Positions 35,297 to 45,244 of a DNA stretch of 64,000 nt are shown in pieces (position 1 is the stretch's first letter; each line of letters begins with the position of its first letter). The notes beneath the pieces were generated by a model. The model worked only from the letters and a program-made list of their open reading frames with translations. It was not told where the DNA came from and made no database searches. Origin of the DNA: Escherichia phage phiWec187; sequence record LC739536.1; one strand, 5' to 3'. Both the position numbers and the translations under genes were made by a program.

Positions 35297-35845
35297 ATGC
35301 TTATAGCTAGTGACCTTGTACCTATGATCCGCATATTGGTATTTAACCCTTCACAAGAAACACTTCCTGATGCAATGATTGAACAAATCATTCAAACGTG
35401 GATAGATGTGCTAGGGAATGATGATGCCAATAAATGTGCTGTACTGTGGAACAGTCTGATCTCTGTACTTGAATACTTGTGGAATACAGACGTACTAAAT
35501 CATAATACACAAACAGGTGGTGCTCTTTCTAGAAAAGAGAAAGTTGGCGAAGTACAGGTTGAAGTAACCTTTGGTACTGGACAGACAGAATACATTTCAC
35601 CTTGGGAAAATATCTATAAAGGATATCTTGATGGTGATATGATGATACCTGGTTGTACTTCTGGTAGAGGTGTAACGAGTAAAGTATTAGTTGGTGGTGT
35701 TGATGCTCGCGAAATTGATCGTGTCAACAGTGATCCTAATTCAGTAAATGGTTTAGGTGGTGTTGGTAGTGTAGATCGACATACGAGAAATATCAAATAT
35801 ACCAGAAACTATGGCCCCATTGGTTACTACAGAAGGGATAAATAA
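35297..35845 (+). CDS. hypothetical head-tail joining protein
   Basis: 182 aa between capsid and tail genes. Confidence 0.3.
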   Translation: MLIASDLVPMIRILVFNPSQETLPDAMIEQIIQTWIDVLGNDDANKCAVLWNSLISVLEYLWNTDVLNHNTQTGGALSRKEKVGEVQVEVTFGTGQTEYISPWENIYKGYLDGDMMIPGCTSGRGVTSKVLVGGVDAREIDRVNSDPNSVNGLGGVGSVDRHTRNIKYTRNYGPIGYYRRDK

Positions 35846-36333
35846 TGAAATGTGAGATCACACGTGGCGATGATATGTCGTTAGATGAATATTTTATTAA
35901 AATGCTGGCTCTAGATAATATAGAAATAGATGCTGGTTTTCTTACTGCTGTTCGCCATCCAGAATCAGATCTCACTATCCCTGCAATTGCTGCCATACAA
36001 CAGTTTGGTAATGAAACAAACAATACTCCTGCACGTCCGTTTTTAACGGACGGTGCAGTCCATGCCAGTAAAGAAATACCTAAGCATTTTGAAGAAGTGT
36101 TTAGAAATTATTTACTTCGTGGAAGGGGTTTAGCTGCCTTTGAACCTATTGCAAAAGTTTCACGAGAATCTATTGCTAAAGCGATTGCTCTGCAACGTTA
36201 TAGACCGCTATCTCCTGTGACTATTAAAATCCGTAGAGATAAAGGTAACTACTCTTCTCATATTCTTATTGATACTGGACACTTAATTAACAGTATCGAA
36301 TCAGAAATCAAGAAGGGTCGTTCTAAAAAATAA
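35845..36333 (+). CDS. hypothetical structural protein
   Basis: 162-aa ORF, translationally coupled. Confidence 0.35.
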   Translation: MKCEITRGDDMSLDEYFIKMLALDNIEIDAGFLTAVRHPESDLTIPAIAAIQQFGNETNNTPARPFLTDGAVHASKEIPKHFEEVFRNYLLRGRGLAAFEPIAKVSRESIAKAIALQRYRPLSPVTIKIRRDKGNYSSHILIDTGHLINSIESEIKKGRSKK

Positions 36334-36334
36334 C

Positions 36335-36363
36335 TTGCAATAAGTCTGTTTTTGATGTATACT
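36335..36363 (+). promoter_or_regulatory. sigma70-like promoter
   Basis: TTGCAA-N17-TATACT. Confidence 0.45.
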
Positions 36364-36377
36364 AAAAAGGAGATACA

Positions 36378-36794
36378 ATGCTATTAGACCAATTTACTCT
36401 CCTTGATCTTACAACGTATCAGGGTCGTAAAAGAACCTATGTTCAAGATCCTGATTCGCCAATTTCCAATATGGGTAATACAGTAGCATACGAAGACTTT
36501 ACAATAGAGGCTGCAAGTTTGCAACCAATATCAGGTAGAACACTTCAAGCACTGCCAGAAGGATACAGATCTAAGGCACAATATAGCTTCTGGACAAAAA
36601 CAGAAATCAGAGGCATTCAGCAAGGATCAGATCAATTATCTGACCAAATACTAATAGATGGACAATGGTTTTCCATTTATTCTTTGAAAGACTGGACAAG
36701 AACATCTTTCTTAATACACACACATTGTGTTGCTATTCTAGATGACCAGAATAACACCTATTCTTATTCTGAGGAGGGTGGTAATTTTGGCTAA
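36378..36794 (+). CDS. hypothetical structural protein
   Basis: 138 aa; promoter TTGCAA-N17-TATACT upstream. Confidence 0.35.
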   Translation: MLLDQFTLLDLTTYQGRKRTYVQDPDSPISNMGNTVAYEDFTIEAASLQPISGRTLQALPEGYRSKAQYSFWTKTEIRGIQQGSDQLSDQILIDGQWFSIYSLKDWTRTSFLIHTHCVAILDDQNNTYSYSEEGGNFG

Positions 36795-37443
36795 TATCTA
36801 TGAACAAATTGAATTGTATGAAAATACGATATTATTAAATATCGCTAAGTTCTTACAAAGACTCGTGGGGCTTCCGGTTTATGTTATGGATAAGCCATTT
36901 GTTAAACCAACAACCCCATATCTGACATTACGTATTGTATCATCTGATGATTCAGGTGGTTGGTCACAAAAATATTCTTTTAGTGAAGATGCGTTTTCAT
37001 ATCTAATGGACAATAAGTATGAAATAGAACTTATGGCTTTTAGAGGAAGACCAATGACACTTTTAAGTTATGTTCTTGCGGCACTTCGTGGTGCAGATGA
37101 ATTAAAATACCAGTATCTTTATTCCAAAGGTATTAGCTTCTTGTCTGCAACAAATGTTGCACAGGCTAACACTGTTCTGGATGGAGATAAAACTGAACAA
37201 AGAGCGAGAATATTTCTTACATTCAATACTACGATGGTTATTGAGGATTTAGTAACTACCGAAATTGAAGCAATTAATATGAACATTCATTCGTTCAGAG
37301 ATGATTACGATGATCCTACTCCAATAGATCTTCCTTTGGATAAGATTTACATTGTTGCTCACAGAAGTAAAACCTATTACTTTACGACGACTGATGATGG
37401 ATCATTAATTAAGTATATCCCAACGGATAATTCATTGGAATAA
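36787..37443 (+). CDS. hypothetical structural protein (TTG start)
   Basis: Track start 36742 is inside previous gene; AGGAGG at 36772-36777 then TTG 36787. Confidence 0.35.
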   Translation: MANIYEQIELYENTILLNIAKFLQRLVGLPVYVMDKPFVKPTTPYLTLRIVSSDDSGGWSQKYSFSEDAFSYLMDNKYEIELMAFRGRPMTLLSYVLAALRGADELKYQYLYSKGISFLSATNVAQANTVLDGDKTEQRARIFLTFNTTMVIEDLVTTEIEAINMNIHSFRDDYDDPTPIDLPLDKIYIVAHRSKTYYFTTTDDGSLIKYIPTDNSLE

Positions 37444-37463
37444 AGTTTCTAACAGGAGCATAA

Positions 37464-38870
37464 ATGGCAACTTTTCGTGATAAGGTAGTTTCCGTAACCC
37501 TTACCTACGGTGCTACTTCAATTAGTGAAACACAGTTTGATATCCCTCTAATTCTTACAGGGCATAACGTTACTGGCAATCTTGTAGATTATTTCACTTC
37601 TTCAGACGCACTTCTGCAAGCAGGTTTTGGCACTGCCGATCCAGCTTATAAAATGGCAAAACTACTATTTGACGGTCTGTTCGCACCAGAACAAGTTATC
37701 GTCGGTAAGCGTGATGTTTCTAAAACGACTCTAACTCCAGTAGTTGAAGATAGTGCAACTTACGTTATCACTATTAAAGCAAATTCAAAAAGCAAGGACT
37801 TCAAGTTTGTTGCCGATGATACTGCAACTGCTCAAGAGATTGTTGTTGGTTTAACAGAAATGATCAACGCAGACGTAGTGTATAAAGAATTTTTCACTGT
37901 GTCAAACGATGGTAGTGTTATCACTGTAACCCCAGTTGCAGGTAAATACGCTACTATGGATAGTTCAGGATTCACAACTAACGTAGAATATGCAAATGAT
38001 ATCTTAGAAGATATTGCTAAAATTGCAGACTATGAAAACAGTTGGTTCTGGTTACTATCTGATTCTCACGCAGAACAAGATATTATCGATCTAGCAGGTT
38101 ATGTAGAAGAGCACGATAAAGTGTACTTCTTCTCTACCTCGCAACCAGGTGTTCTAACTAAAGAAGAAGATAACATTCTAGAACGCTTAGGTGATATGGG
38201 CTACAATAACACTTGTATGGCATTGTGGATGACTAACGCTGATACAGTGTTCCCAGAAGCTGCTGTAGTTGGTTCTATCTGCTCTGCAACACCAGGTACT
38301 ACTACCTTGCATGGTAAAACCCTTGTTGGTATCGAGATTGAAAAACTTGGTCAGACAGCAGAAAACTTTATCGTTCAACAGAATGGTAATATTTACCGTA
38401 AAGAACACGGTGTTCTGTTCTACCGTGATGGCTTCATGGTAAGTGGTTTCTATGTTGACTATGTGGTACACGCTCTGTGGTTCAAAGCTCGCGTAGAAGA
38501 ATCTCTGTTCGCTCTATTCAAACAGCAATCTATGCTTGGTAGTGGTGTTAGAGCAACTTCTGCTGGTCTTGCTTTGATTCGTCAGGCTGTTACTGCAAAC
38601 CCAATCCAAGTAGGTATTAACAATGGTTCTATTGCCAATGAGGTAGTAACTTCAGAGGAAACAGGACTTCTGGTAAGCCTTAAACCTACTATCTATATCC
38701 CATCTCGTGCAGATATGACTGATGCTCAAATCAATGCACGTTTGGTTGATGGTATGGTTATTGAATACGTATATGCTGGATTCTTCCACTATGTTAAAGT
38801 GCAGGTAAACGTTCTGACGAACCGCACTGCAAATAGCCAGAATTCCAATAGCTCTACTGTATCTTCATAA
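37464..38870 (+). CDS. putative tail sheath protein
   Basis: 468 aa in sheath, tube, chaperone, tape-measure order; hairpin downstream. Confidence 0.45.
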   Translation: MATFRDKVVSVTLTYGATSISETQFDIPLILTGHNVTGNLVDYFTSSDALLQAGFGTADPAYKMAKLLFDGLFAPEQVIVGKRDVSKTTLTPVVEDSATYVITIKANSKSKDFKFVADDTATAQEIVVGLTEMINADVVYKEFFTVSNDGSVITVTPVAGKYATMDSSGFTTNVEYANDILEDIAKIADYENSWFWLLSDSHAEQDIIDLAGYVEEHDKVYFFSTSQPGVLTKEEDNILERLGDMGYNNTCMALWMTNADTVFPEAAVVGSICSATPGTTTLHGKTLVGIEIEKLGQTAENFIVQQNGNIYRKEHGVLFYRDGFMVSGFYVDYVVHALWFKARVEESLFALFKQQSMLGSGVRATSAGLALIRQAVTANPIQVGINNGSIANEVVTSEETGLLVSLKPTIYIPSRADMTDAQINARLVDGMVIEYVYAGFFHYVKVQVNVLTNRTANSQNSNSSTVSS

Positions 38871-38876
38871 TTAAAA

Positions 38877-38900
38877 GCAGCGGGGGAAACCCCGCTTATA
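38877..38900 (+). terminator. hairpin after sheath-like gene (weak T tract)
   Basis: AGCGGGG-GAAA-CCCCGCT then TTATAT. Confidence 0.35.
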
Positions 38901-38928
38901 TGAAAAGTAGTATAAAAGGAGATCCACT

Positions 38929-39408
38929 TTGGATAAAATGCTTACTGGCGTAATGGCCTATGATCCTTCTCAAGTAATCCTGTCTTTGGGTGGTTGGGAA
39001 CCTTGGGGTTTCGCCGCAGATACCAAAATTGTTATTAACAAAACTAACGATATCATCAACCCATATTCAGGTACTGATGGTGACGTTTCCTTGGCTCTTA
39101 GTCGTAACCGTTTAGGTACGCTAACAATGTCACTGCAACGTACTTCCCCAGCAAACGAAGTTCTTGCTGCTTATGCACAAACGATGTATTCTACTCGTCA
39201 AGTAGCATTTAGCGTATATCTAGAAGACCCTCGCGGATATTATATCAGCACAATTGGTTGGATTCAAAGCCAACCGGACGACACTATTGGTGAAACTATT
39301 CAAGAAAACCAATGGGTAATTGGTCTTAAAGATGCAAGCCTACTTCGTTCTACTGTAGGTGTTGGTGTTAACGCACTTAACTCTATTAGTGCTCTAACTA
39401 TTCAGTAA
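38929..39408 (+). CDS. putative tail tube protein
   Basis: 159 aa after sheath-like gene; terminator at 39414-39440. Confidence 0.4.
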   Translation: MDKMLTGVMAYDPSQVILSLGGWEPWGFAADTKIVINKTNDIINPYSGTDGDVSLALSRNRLGTLTMSLQRTSPANEVLAAYAQTMYSTRQVAFSVYLEDPRGYYISTIGWIQSQPDDTIGETIQENQWVIGLKDASLLRSTVGVGVNALNSISALTIQ

Positions 39409-39413
39409 CAAAA

Positions 39414-39440
39414 AGGGCAGAAATGCCCTTTATTTTTAAA
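39414..39440 (+). terminator. rho-independent terminator after tube-like gene
   Basis: AGGGCA-GAAA-TGCCCT then TTATTTTT. Confidence 0.5.
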
Positions 39441-39451
39441 GAGAGGAAATA

Positions 39452-39934
39452 ATGGAACAACAAAAAGATAATACTATTGCAAAATTTGCTCGTCCAGAAG
39501 TAATGGTTGAAATTGATCTGGATGAAGGACGCAGTGTAAAATTTAGAGTTCTCAAGTGGAGTCCAACTAAAGTTTTTGAAAGGATTCCAGAACTAGGTAG
39601 TGTACTAGCTGTTCCTATGACAATGTATAATACTGCTCTTATGTCAGCAGACGAAGATCTAGAAGCTCGTATTGCTATGGCGCTGATCCAATTATTCAGT
39701 GGTCTGGAAGAAAAAAACTTAGCCGCATTCTTACGTAAAATTTTAGATGAAGTTTACACAGAAGCAGGTCACAGTGTTTCCGATAATTTTGATGAATTGT
39801 TTTTTGCTCACCCAGAATTAGTTGTTGACTTAGCTGCAAAAGTTCTTGAGGTGAACTATGCCCCTTTTTTCAAACGAGGTTTCGGAAAACTGTTGACCCA
39901 ATTTCAAGGAATAGAGACTCTAGCGAAGAGTTAA
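39452..39934 (+). CDS. putative tail assembly chaperone (zero-frame product)
   Basis: 160 aa immediately upstream of tape measure; slippery heptamers near 3' end. Confidence 0.45.
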   Translation: MEQQKDNTIAKFARPEVMVEIDLDEGRSVKFRVLKWSPTKVFERIPELGSVLAVPMTMYNTALMSADEDLEARIAMALIQLFSGLEEKNLAAFLRKILDEVYTEAGHSVSDNFDELFFAHPELVVDLAAKVLEVNYAPFFKRGFGKLLTQFQGIETLAKS

Positions 39935-40209
39935 GTCCGGCAATTAAATCAGCAATTGAAATTGCCTCACAAACCCTTAGCTTGACATGGTATGAAGTAA
40001 TTCTTTGTAAGGTAATTAAGAATACCTCCGAAACCTTGTCCTCATTAGATAATTATGGTGTAGATTATCTACTTAAAATTTATGAATATTTAACATTTGA
40101 AGACTATGTACAAGATCTTCACGTTAAAGATGCGGATATTAAACGTGGTCAACAGAGAACAATAAGAGAACTGGATACGGCTATGAAAAAATTAATTCCA
40201 GATTCATAA
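39862..40209 (+). CDS. -1 frame extension of tail assembly chaperone
   Basis: -1 frame open from 39850 to 40209; track ORF 39982-40209 lacks an ATG and is read as the fusion C-terminus. Confidence 0.4.
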   Translation, partial: PFFQTRFRKTVDPISRNRDSSEELSPAIKSAIEIASQTLSLTWYEVILCKVIKNTSETLSSLDNYGVDYLLKIYEYLTFEDYVQDLHVKDADIKRGQQRTIRELDTAMKKLIPDS

Positions 40210-40228
40210 GTAATACGGAGGATTACCC

Positions 40229-42208
40229 TTGTTAGAAATTAACACTTCCAAGATTAAGAATACAGTAACGTTTACTGTAGATAAAGACAGTTTAAAAAAT
40301 ACTAAAGACGCAATTAAAAACCTTAAAACTTTTACAGAATCTATTGAACCATCTTTAAATATGACTAAAATGCGTCGTCAATTTAAAAGTATGGAAGAGT
40401 ATGCTAAAAGAATAAGGCAGCAAATGTCAGGTCTTGGCGGCGGTAATCCTCCACCAATCCCACCAACCGGAGGTTCAAGCGGTGGTGGAAAAGGAGGAAG
40501 TGGTAGAGGTGGTTCTGGATCTTCTGGAGGACGTAAAACACCAGAGGAAAGAGCCGCAGAAGCCGCCGCTAAACGTGCAGCACTTGCTAATATGAAGCAA
40601 GACGATTTTAGTTTTAAAGCTATGCCTTTTACAAAAGCAGACAGCAGAATTCTAGAAAAATCTAAAAAGATTGTAGAAGAAACTGTTGAACTTTATCGTA
40701 AAGGTGTAATCACTAGCCAACAAATGAATAATACTTTGGCTAGACAGTTAGAAGAACTACGAAGATCTCATAAAGAGAAGAATGCACAACTTCTTGATGA
40801 AGAGAGAGCTAGACGCAGAATTGCCCGTCTGCAAGAAGCAGAAGATAAAAGAAGACAGCGTATCCGAGAAAGAGAAAGAAAGGATTTCGAACGTCAGCAA
40901 AGAAGAGAAAAAGAAGCAAGACAACGCGACAGACAACGTAAGCTATCTGGTGTAGGTAATGCTGCTATTGCTCTTAACCCTGCTATGTTTGGTGCTGCTC
41001 TTTTAGGTGCTGGTTTATATCAAGGTATAAGTAAAATTTCCGAAGGTATTACTGCATCGGCAGAGCGTGTTAATATGGTTAGTAGAGGTGGTCAGAACGT
41101 ACAGGTAAACCCTAACGCAATCTTAACAATGCGTACTTGGGGTGAAATGAACGGTGTAGACTCTGCTAGTATTATTAAAGCTATTGATAACCTTAAAGAC
41201 GTTCGTGAACGTTTAGGTAACACTGTACTCCACTCTGAATTTGATGAAAAATCAGGTAAATGGAAAGGTGGAGATAGTGGTATTAATGAAATCATGAACC
41301 AATTTGGTTGGACAAAAGAAGATGTTGCTAAATTCCAGAATAGACCTTTAGACTTTGTTCAAGCACTTGTTAATGAAGGTCAAAAAAGAGGAATGAACTC
41401 TGCGCAAATTGGTCGTCTGATGGAAAACCTTGGTGATGACTTAATGCACTACCAACGTATGTTTTTGGATAATGGTAAAGAGTTTATGGAAGTCCTGAGA
41501 ATGTTAAGTAATTCAGGTGCAACTCTTAACGACGAAAACATCCAAGCAGCACAAGATTTTGTTAAGCTAAGAGCACAAATTAATGCAGCAGGAGAAGGTT
41601 TTACCAATAACTTACTTGTAGGTTTTATGGATGGTTTAAAATCTGCACCAGATTTTGCAGAGAATATGAAAACTTTCCAAGAGGCTGCTCGTGGTCTTGG
41701 TGAAATGTCTGGTAGTATTGTAAGTAGCCTTGCAAAAATTGCAAAATATTTCCTTGATTTTTCAAATAAGGTTGGGCCAAAAAATAATACTAAAGAAGCT
41801 GTAAGAGATTATTATAATGGTACGCAGTATGGGTACGATGCACAGGTTGGTGGTAATCCTTGGGCTTATTGGCCTATTGGAAGAGATCAACATCTACCTG
41901 AAAATCAACCTTTAGGTAACTTTGATAGTAGTTTCTTAACTAGTGCCTTAAATCCAAGTGCTTCTAGTATTGGTTACAATAGACCTGATTTAACAGCATC
42001 TATGCTAACACCACGCCAAGGTGTTCCAGTACCGTTAAGTGTAGAGAATACAGTTGTTATCCCAGACAACGCATTCCAGATTAATGTTATTCCAGATGGT
42101 TATGGTTTTAGTAATTATCTAGATGCGACAATGAATACCAGTTTTAGTAACTTCTCACAAGGTTTAACTCTTCAGTTAAGCAGTGGACAATCTTCTACTG
42201 GTGGTTAA
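40229..42208 (+). CDS. tail tape measure protein
   Basis: 659 aa, TTG start after GGAGG; Gly-rich stretch and Arg/Glu/Lys coiled-coil; follows chaperone pair. Confidence 0.6.
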   Translation: MLEINTSKIKNTVTFTVDKDSLKNTKDAIKNLKTFTESIEPSLNMTKMRRQFKSMEEYAKRIRQQMSGLGGGNPPPIPPTGGSSGGGKGGSGRGGSGSSGGRKTPEERAAEAAAKRAALANMKQDDFSFKAMPFTKADSRILEKSKKIVEETVELYRKGVITSQQMNNTLARQLEELRRSHKEKNAQLLDEERARRRIARLQEAEDKRRQRIRERERKDFERQQRREKEARQRDRQRKLSGVGNAAIALNPAMFGAALLGAGLYQGISKISEGITASAERVNMVSRGGQNVQVNPNAILTMRTWGEMNGVDSASIIKAIDNLKDVRERLGNTVLHSEFDEKSGKWKGGDSGINEIMNQFGWTKEDVAKFQNRPLDFVQALVNEGQKRGMNSAQIGRLMENLGDDLMHYQRMFLDNGKEFMEVLRMLSNSGATLNDENIQAAQDFVKLRAQINAAGEGFTNNLLVGFMDGLKSAPDFAENMKTFQEAARGLGEMSGSIVSSLAKIAKYFLDFSNKVGPKNNTKEAVRDYYNGTQYGYDAQVGGNPWAYWPIGRDQHLPENQPLGNFDSSFLTSALNPSASSIGYNRPDLTASMLTPRQGVPVPLSVENTVVIPDNAFQINVIPDGYGFSNYLDATMNTSFSNFSQGLTLQLSSGQSSTGG

Positions 42209-42215
42209 TGCATAA

Positions 42216-42242
42216 AGCCTCGCTTCGGCGGGGCTTTTTATT
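42216..42242 (+). terminator. rho-independent terminator after tape measure gene
   Basis: GCCTCGC-TTCG-GCGGGGC then TTTTTATTT. Confidence 0.55.
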
Positions 42243-42246
42243 TGTC

Positions 42247-42278
42247 TTGACAAAGAGTTGTTTTTCGTGATAAAATGA
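42247..42278 (+). promoter_or_regulatory. sigma70-like promoter with extended -10
   Basis: TTGACA-N17 then TGATAAAAT after tape-measure terminator. Confidence 0.45.
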
Positions 42279-42323
42279 GTGATAAGGGAGAATGTTTCTT
42301 ATCACATTAAGAGGTAAAATTAT

Positions 42324-43040
42324 ATGGCAGCAAACACTCCAGAACAACACGTTCAAGCGGTTTATAAAGCGGAACAAGAAATAAATTCTACAAAAAACAC
42401 AAATAACTCTGCCTCTACTGTGAAAGGGGAGAATGGTTTTTGTATTTTAGCAAGTGTTTACAATAGTGCAAGTGATCAATATATTCAAAACTACCAAGCT
42501 ATAGTTTTTGATGCTGTTCCAAATATCGGTGTAAAACGTCAAGCTGATGTTACGAGCTATCCTGTAGAAAATGGTGCTAATGTATCGGATCACGTTCAAG
42601 TTAAAAATAATACTTTCTCTTTATCAGGAATGATTACAGAGACACCTGTAAGATTGATGCGAGATATGCTATATAGTGCTGGTGTTAACGGTACTCGTAT
42701 CAGTCAAGCAATTACTTACTTAGATAAAATATTTGATCAAAGACAGCCTATCATTTTAATAACAGAACATAAGGTGTATGAGAATGTTATTTTGAAAGGC
42801 ATATCATATGAATATCAAACAGAGTATGCAATGCAATTTGACTTGGAATTTGAACAAGTAAGATTAGTTTCTTACGGAGAAACCAACGCTATTGCACTTA
42901 AGACTCAACCAAATAAAAACACAGGTGTTAAGAACAAAACAAACGCAACAGGTAGCAAACCAGATGCTGATTTGAACAAACGAGCAGGACAAGCAACAGG
43001 CACTGAACATTTGAGTAATGACAGTCCAGATGGTAAGTAA
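42324..43040 (+). CDS. hypothetical tail/baseplate protein
   Basis: 238 aa after tape measure; extended -10 promoter upstream. Confidence 0.35.
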   Translation: MAANTPEQHVQAVYKAEQEINSTKNTNNSASTVKGENGFCILASVYNSASDQYIQNYQAIVFDAVPNIGVKRQADVTSYPVENGANVSDHVQVKNNTFSLSGMITETPVRLMRDMLYSAGVNGTRISQAITYLDKIFDQRQPIILITEHKVYENVILKGISYEYQTEYAMQFDLEFEQVRLVSYGETNAIALKTQPNKNTGVKNKTNATGSKPDADLNKRAGQATGTEHLSNDSPDGK

Positions 43041-43054
43041 TAAGGAGTAATATT

Positions 43055-43474
43055 TTGGCTATTTCATCTTATTCAAGAGTAAGTAGAAGCACTTCAAATA
43101 GCGGATATAACGCGGTATTTATTGATCAAAAGTTAGGTTATTCTTCTTGGTACTTACCTACAGAACAGTACCCAGATCAAACATATACAGTAACTCTCGA
43201 TGGAGTAGATTATGATATACGTTTGAGATGGAATACAAGAGATCAAGCGTGGCAAATGCAATTAGGATTATCAGGAGACAATCCTAGTGTAACTTTTAAA
43301 GTAACCAATGGTTTAGATCTTCTAGAACCATATAAGTATATAGAATCTGTGCCGGATGGTCAACTTTATTTGGTAGATACTGTTAAAATAAACGGTAGAC
43401 CTAATTACTATGACACAGGTGTAGATAAAAGATTTGCTTTGGTTTATATCGACGCTCTTCCATATCAAGCATGA
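43055..43474 (+). CDS. hypothetical tail/baseplate protein
   Basis: 139-aa ORF. Confidence 0.35.
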   Translation: MAISSYSRVSRSTSNSGYNAVFIDQKLGYSSWYLPTEQYPDQTYTVTLDGVDYDIRLRWNTRDQAWQMQLGLSGDNPSVTFKVTNGLDLLEPYKYIESVPDGQLYLVDTVKINGRPNYYDTGVDKRFALVYIDALPYQA

Positions 43475-43490
43475 TAAAAGGAGTTTTTAA

Positions 43491-44501
43491 ATGGCAGAAG
43501 AAAGAAATTACACAAAAGCTCCTGCACCAAATCTAAACAGAGCATACAAACTGTTAATAGGTACAGCTACTAATACTAAAGAAAAAAGGACAAAAAATTC
43601 CTCTTTCAAATCTACAGTAGACTTAGATACTAAACTAGGGGATGCTAAAAAATCAACCCCTAATTTGTATGTTATTACGGAGCACCAAATATCTTTCACA
43701 ATAAGAAAAGATAATAATAAAGATCCTAATCAAGCCGAGATAACTATTTATAACCTAAGTGATGATACTGTTAATTATATTAACAAGGGTATTCGTAACA
43801 ACTTGGCTGTTGCTTTAGCGGTAGGTTATGAAGGTCAAGAGTTAATTATGATCTTTAAGGGAACGGTGCAATGGGTGAGTGATACCTTTAACAATACAGA
43901 CAGACGTACAGTGTTACATTGTCTGGATGGTGGTATTAACATCTCCGAAGCAAGGACAAGCAGAAGTTATCCGAAAGGTACAAAAGTAAGTAAGGTTGTT
44001 AAAGATTTAGTTAAAGATTTAGGTACTACAGAAGGTAATATTCACGTAGACACAGAGAAAACTTTATCATCTGCAACAGCTATGTGTGGGAACACATCAC
44101 ATTACTTAGAAAGTATCTGTAAAGGTATTGATCATAATGTGTCAATACAAGACGGATCTGTTTACGTAACACCAAGATCACAAATGTCTAGCGCAAGATG
44201 CGCATATATTAGTGCAGAAACAGGTTTAATTGGTAGTCCAGAACCTTTCCACAACGATATTAAACCGACACAAAAAGTAACTAAATCTTCTAAGAAAGCT
44301 AAAAAGCCTACAGATGGTGTTAAGTTCAGATGTGAGATGAACGGTGCTATCCTACCAGAAAAAACTGTTTGGCTCAAGAGCCATAACTACGATGGTGGTT
44401 TTAAGGTAGTATCTGTTGTTCATACAGGAGATAGGGAAGGTAAAGACTGGACAACTGAAGTAGAGTCTGTATCTGTATCTGCAATTATTAAGAAGGGCTA
44501 G
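43491..44501 (+). CDS. putative baseplate hub protein
   Basis: 336 aa located before spike and wedge genes; assignment by position. Confidence 0.3.
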   Translation: MAEERNYTKAPAPNLNRAYKLLIGTATNTKEKRTKNSSFKSTVDLDTKLGDAKKSTPNLYVITEHQISFTIRKDNNKDPNQAEITIYNLSDDTVNYINKGIRNNLAVALAVGYEGQELIMIFKGTVQWVSDTFNNTDRRTVLHCLDGGINISEARTSRSYPKGTKVSKVVKDLVKDLGTTEGNIHVDTEKTLSSATAMCGNTSHYLESICKGIDHNVSIQDGSVYVTPRSQMSSARCAYISAETGLIGSPEPFHNDIKPTQKVTKSSKKAKKPTDGVKFRCEMNGAILPEKTVWLKSHNYDGGFKVVSVVHTGDREGKDWTTEVESVSVSAIIKKG

Positions 44502-44503
44502 AA

Positions 44504-45241
44504 ATGGATGCTTTAAATTTTGTAACAGCAATCCGTGGATTAATCAACGAGCAAGTTGCGGAAGTACATACATCTTTACCTGTAAGGGTAATTGGTGTAG
44601 ATTATGGATCTAAGACAGTAACTTTAGAATCTATCGTAAAAAATACCAGATCTACTGAAGATGAAATAGATTACCCAACATTCCACGATGTTCCTTTTAT
44701 GGTAAATGGTGGCGGTACAGGTAGAATTTCATTCCCAATCAAAGCAGGAGATATTGGTGTTGTTGTCTTTTCAGAAAGAGATCCGTCGAATGCTTTCCAG
44801 ACAGACGGAGATACAGCCAGCAGCGGAACATTAATTCAACCTTGTGGTTTGTATCCAGCCTGTTTTATTCCTAAGATAGCAACAGCTACAGATTCTTCAG
44901 AAGAAGTAGACTCTGAAAAAGTTGTTATCTCAAATAATAAGCAAACTTACGCTTCGTTTGATCCTAACGGTAATATATCTGTGTACAACACACAAGGTAT
45001 GAAAATAGATATGACACCAAACAGTATCGTCCTTACCGATGCAGGAGGGGGAAAACTTACACTGCAAGGTGGAACTATGACATATAAAGGTGGTACTGTA
45101 AATTTAAACGGTTTAACAATCACACCTGACGGTCGTATGACAGATAGTGGTGGCATTGGTTTACACACACATACACACCCTGTACGCGGTGTTGAAACTG
45201 GTGGTGGCACTGTTACTTCCGACAAACCAAATGGAGGTTAA
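44504..45241 (+). CDS. putative baseplate spike protein (gpV-like)
   Basis: N-terminal PVRVIGVDYGSKTVTL OB-like segment; Gly-rich C-terminus. Confidence 0.4.
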   Translation: MDALNFVTAIRGLINEQVAEVHTSLPVRVIGVDYGSKTVTLESIVKNTRSTEDEIDYPTFHDVPFMVNGGGTGRISFPIKAGDIGVVVFSERDPSNAFQTDGDTASSGTLIQPCGLYPACFIPKIATATDSSEEVDSEKVVISNNKQTYASFDPNGNISVYNTQGMKIDMTPNSIVLTDAGGGKLTLQGGTMTYKGGTVNLNGLTITPDGRMTDSGGIGLHTHTHPVRGVETGGGTVTSDKPNGG

Positions 45242-45244
45242 CAG

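Noticed and set aside
44947-45225. Minus-strand 92-aa ORF inside the baseplate spike gene
   Set aside because: Shadow ORF within the Gly-rich coding region of the plus-strand gene.
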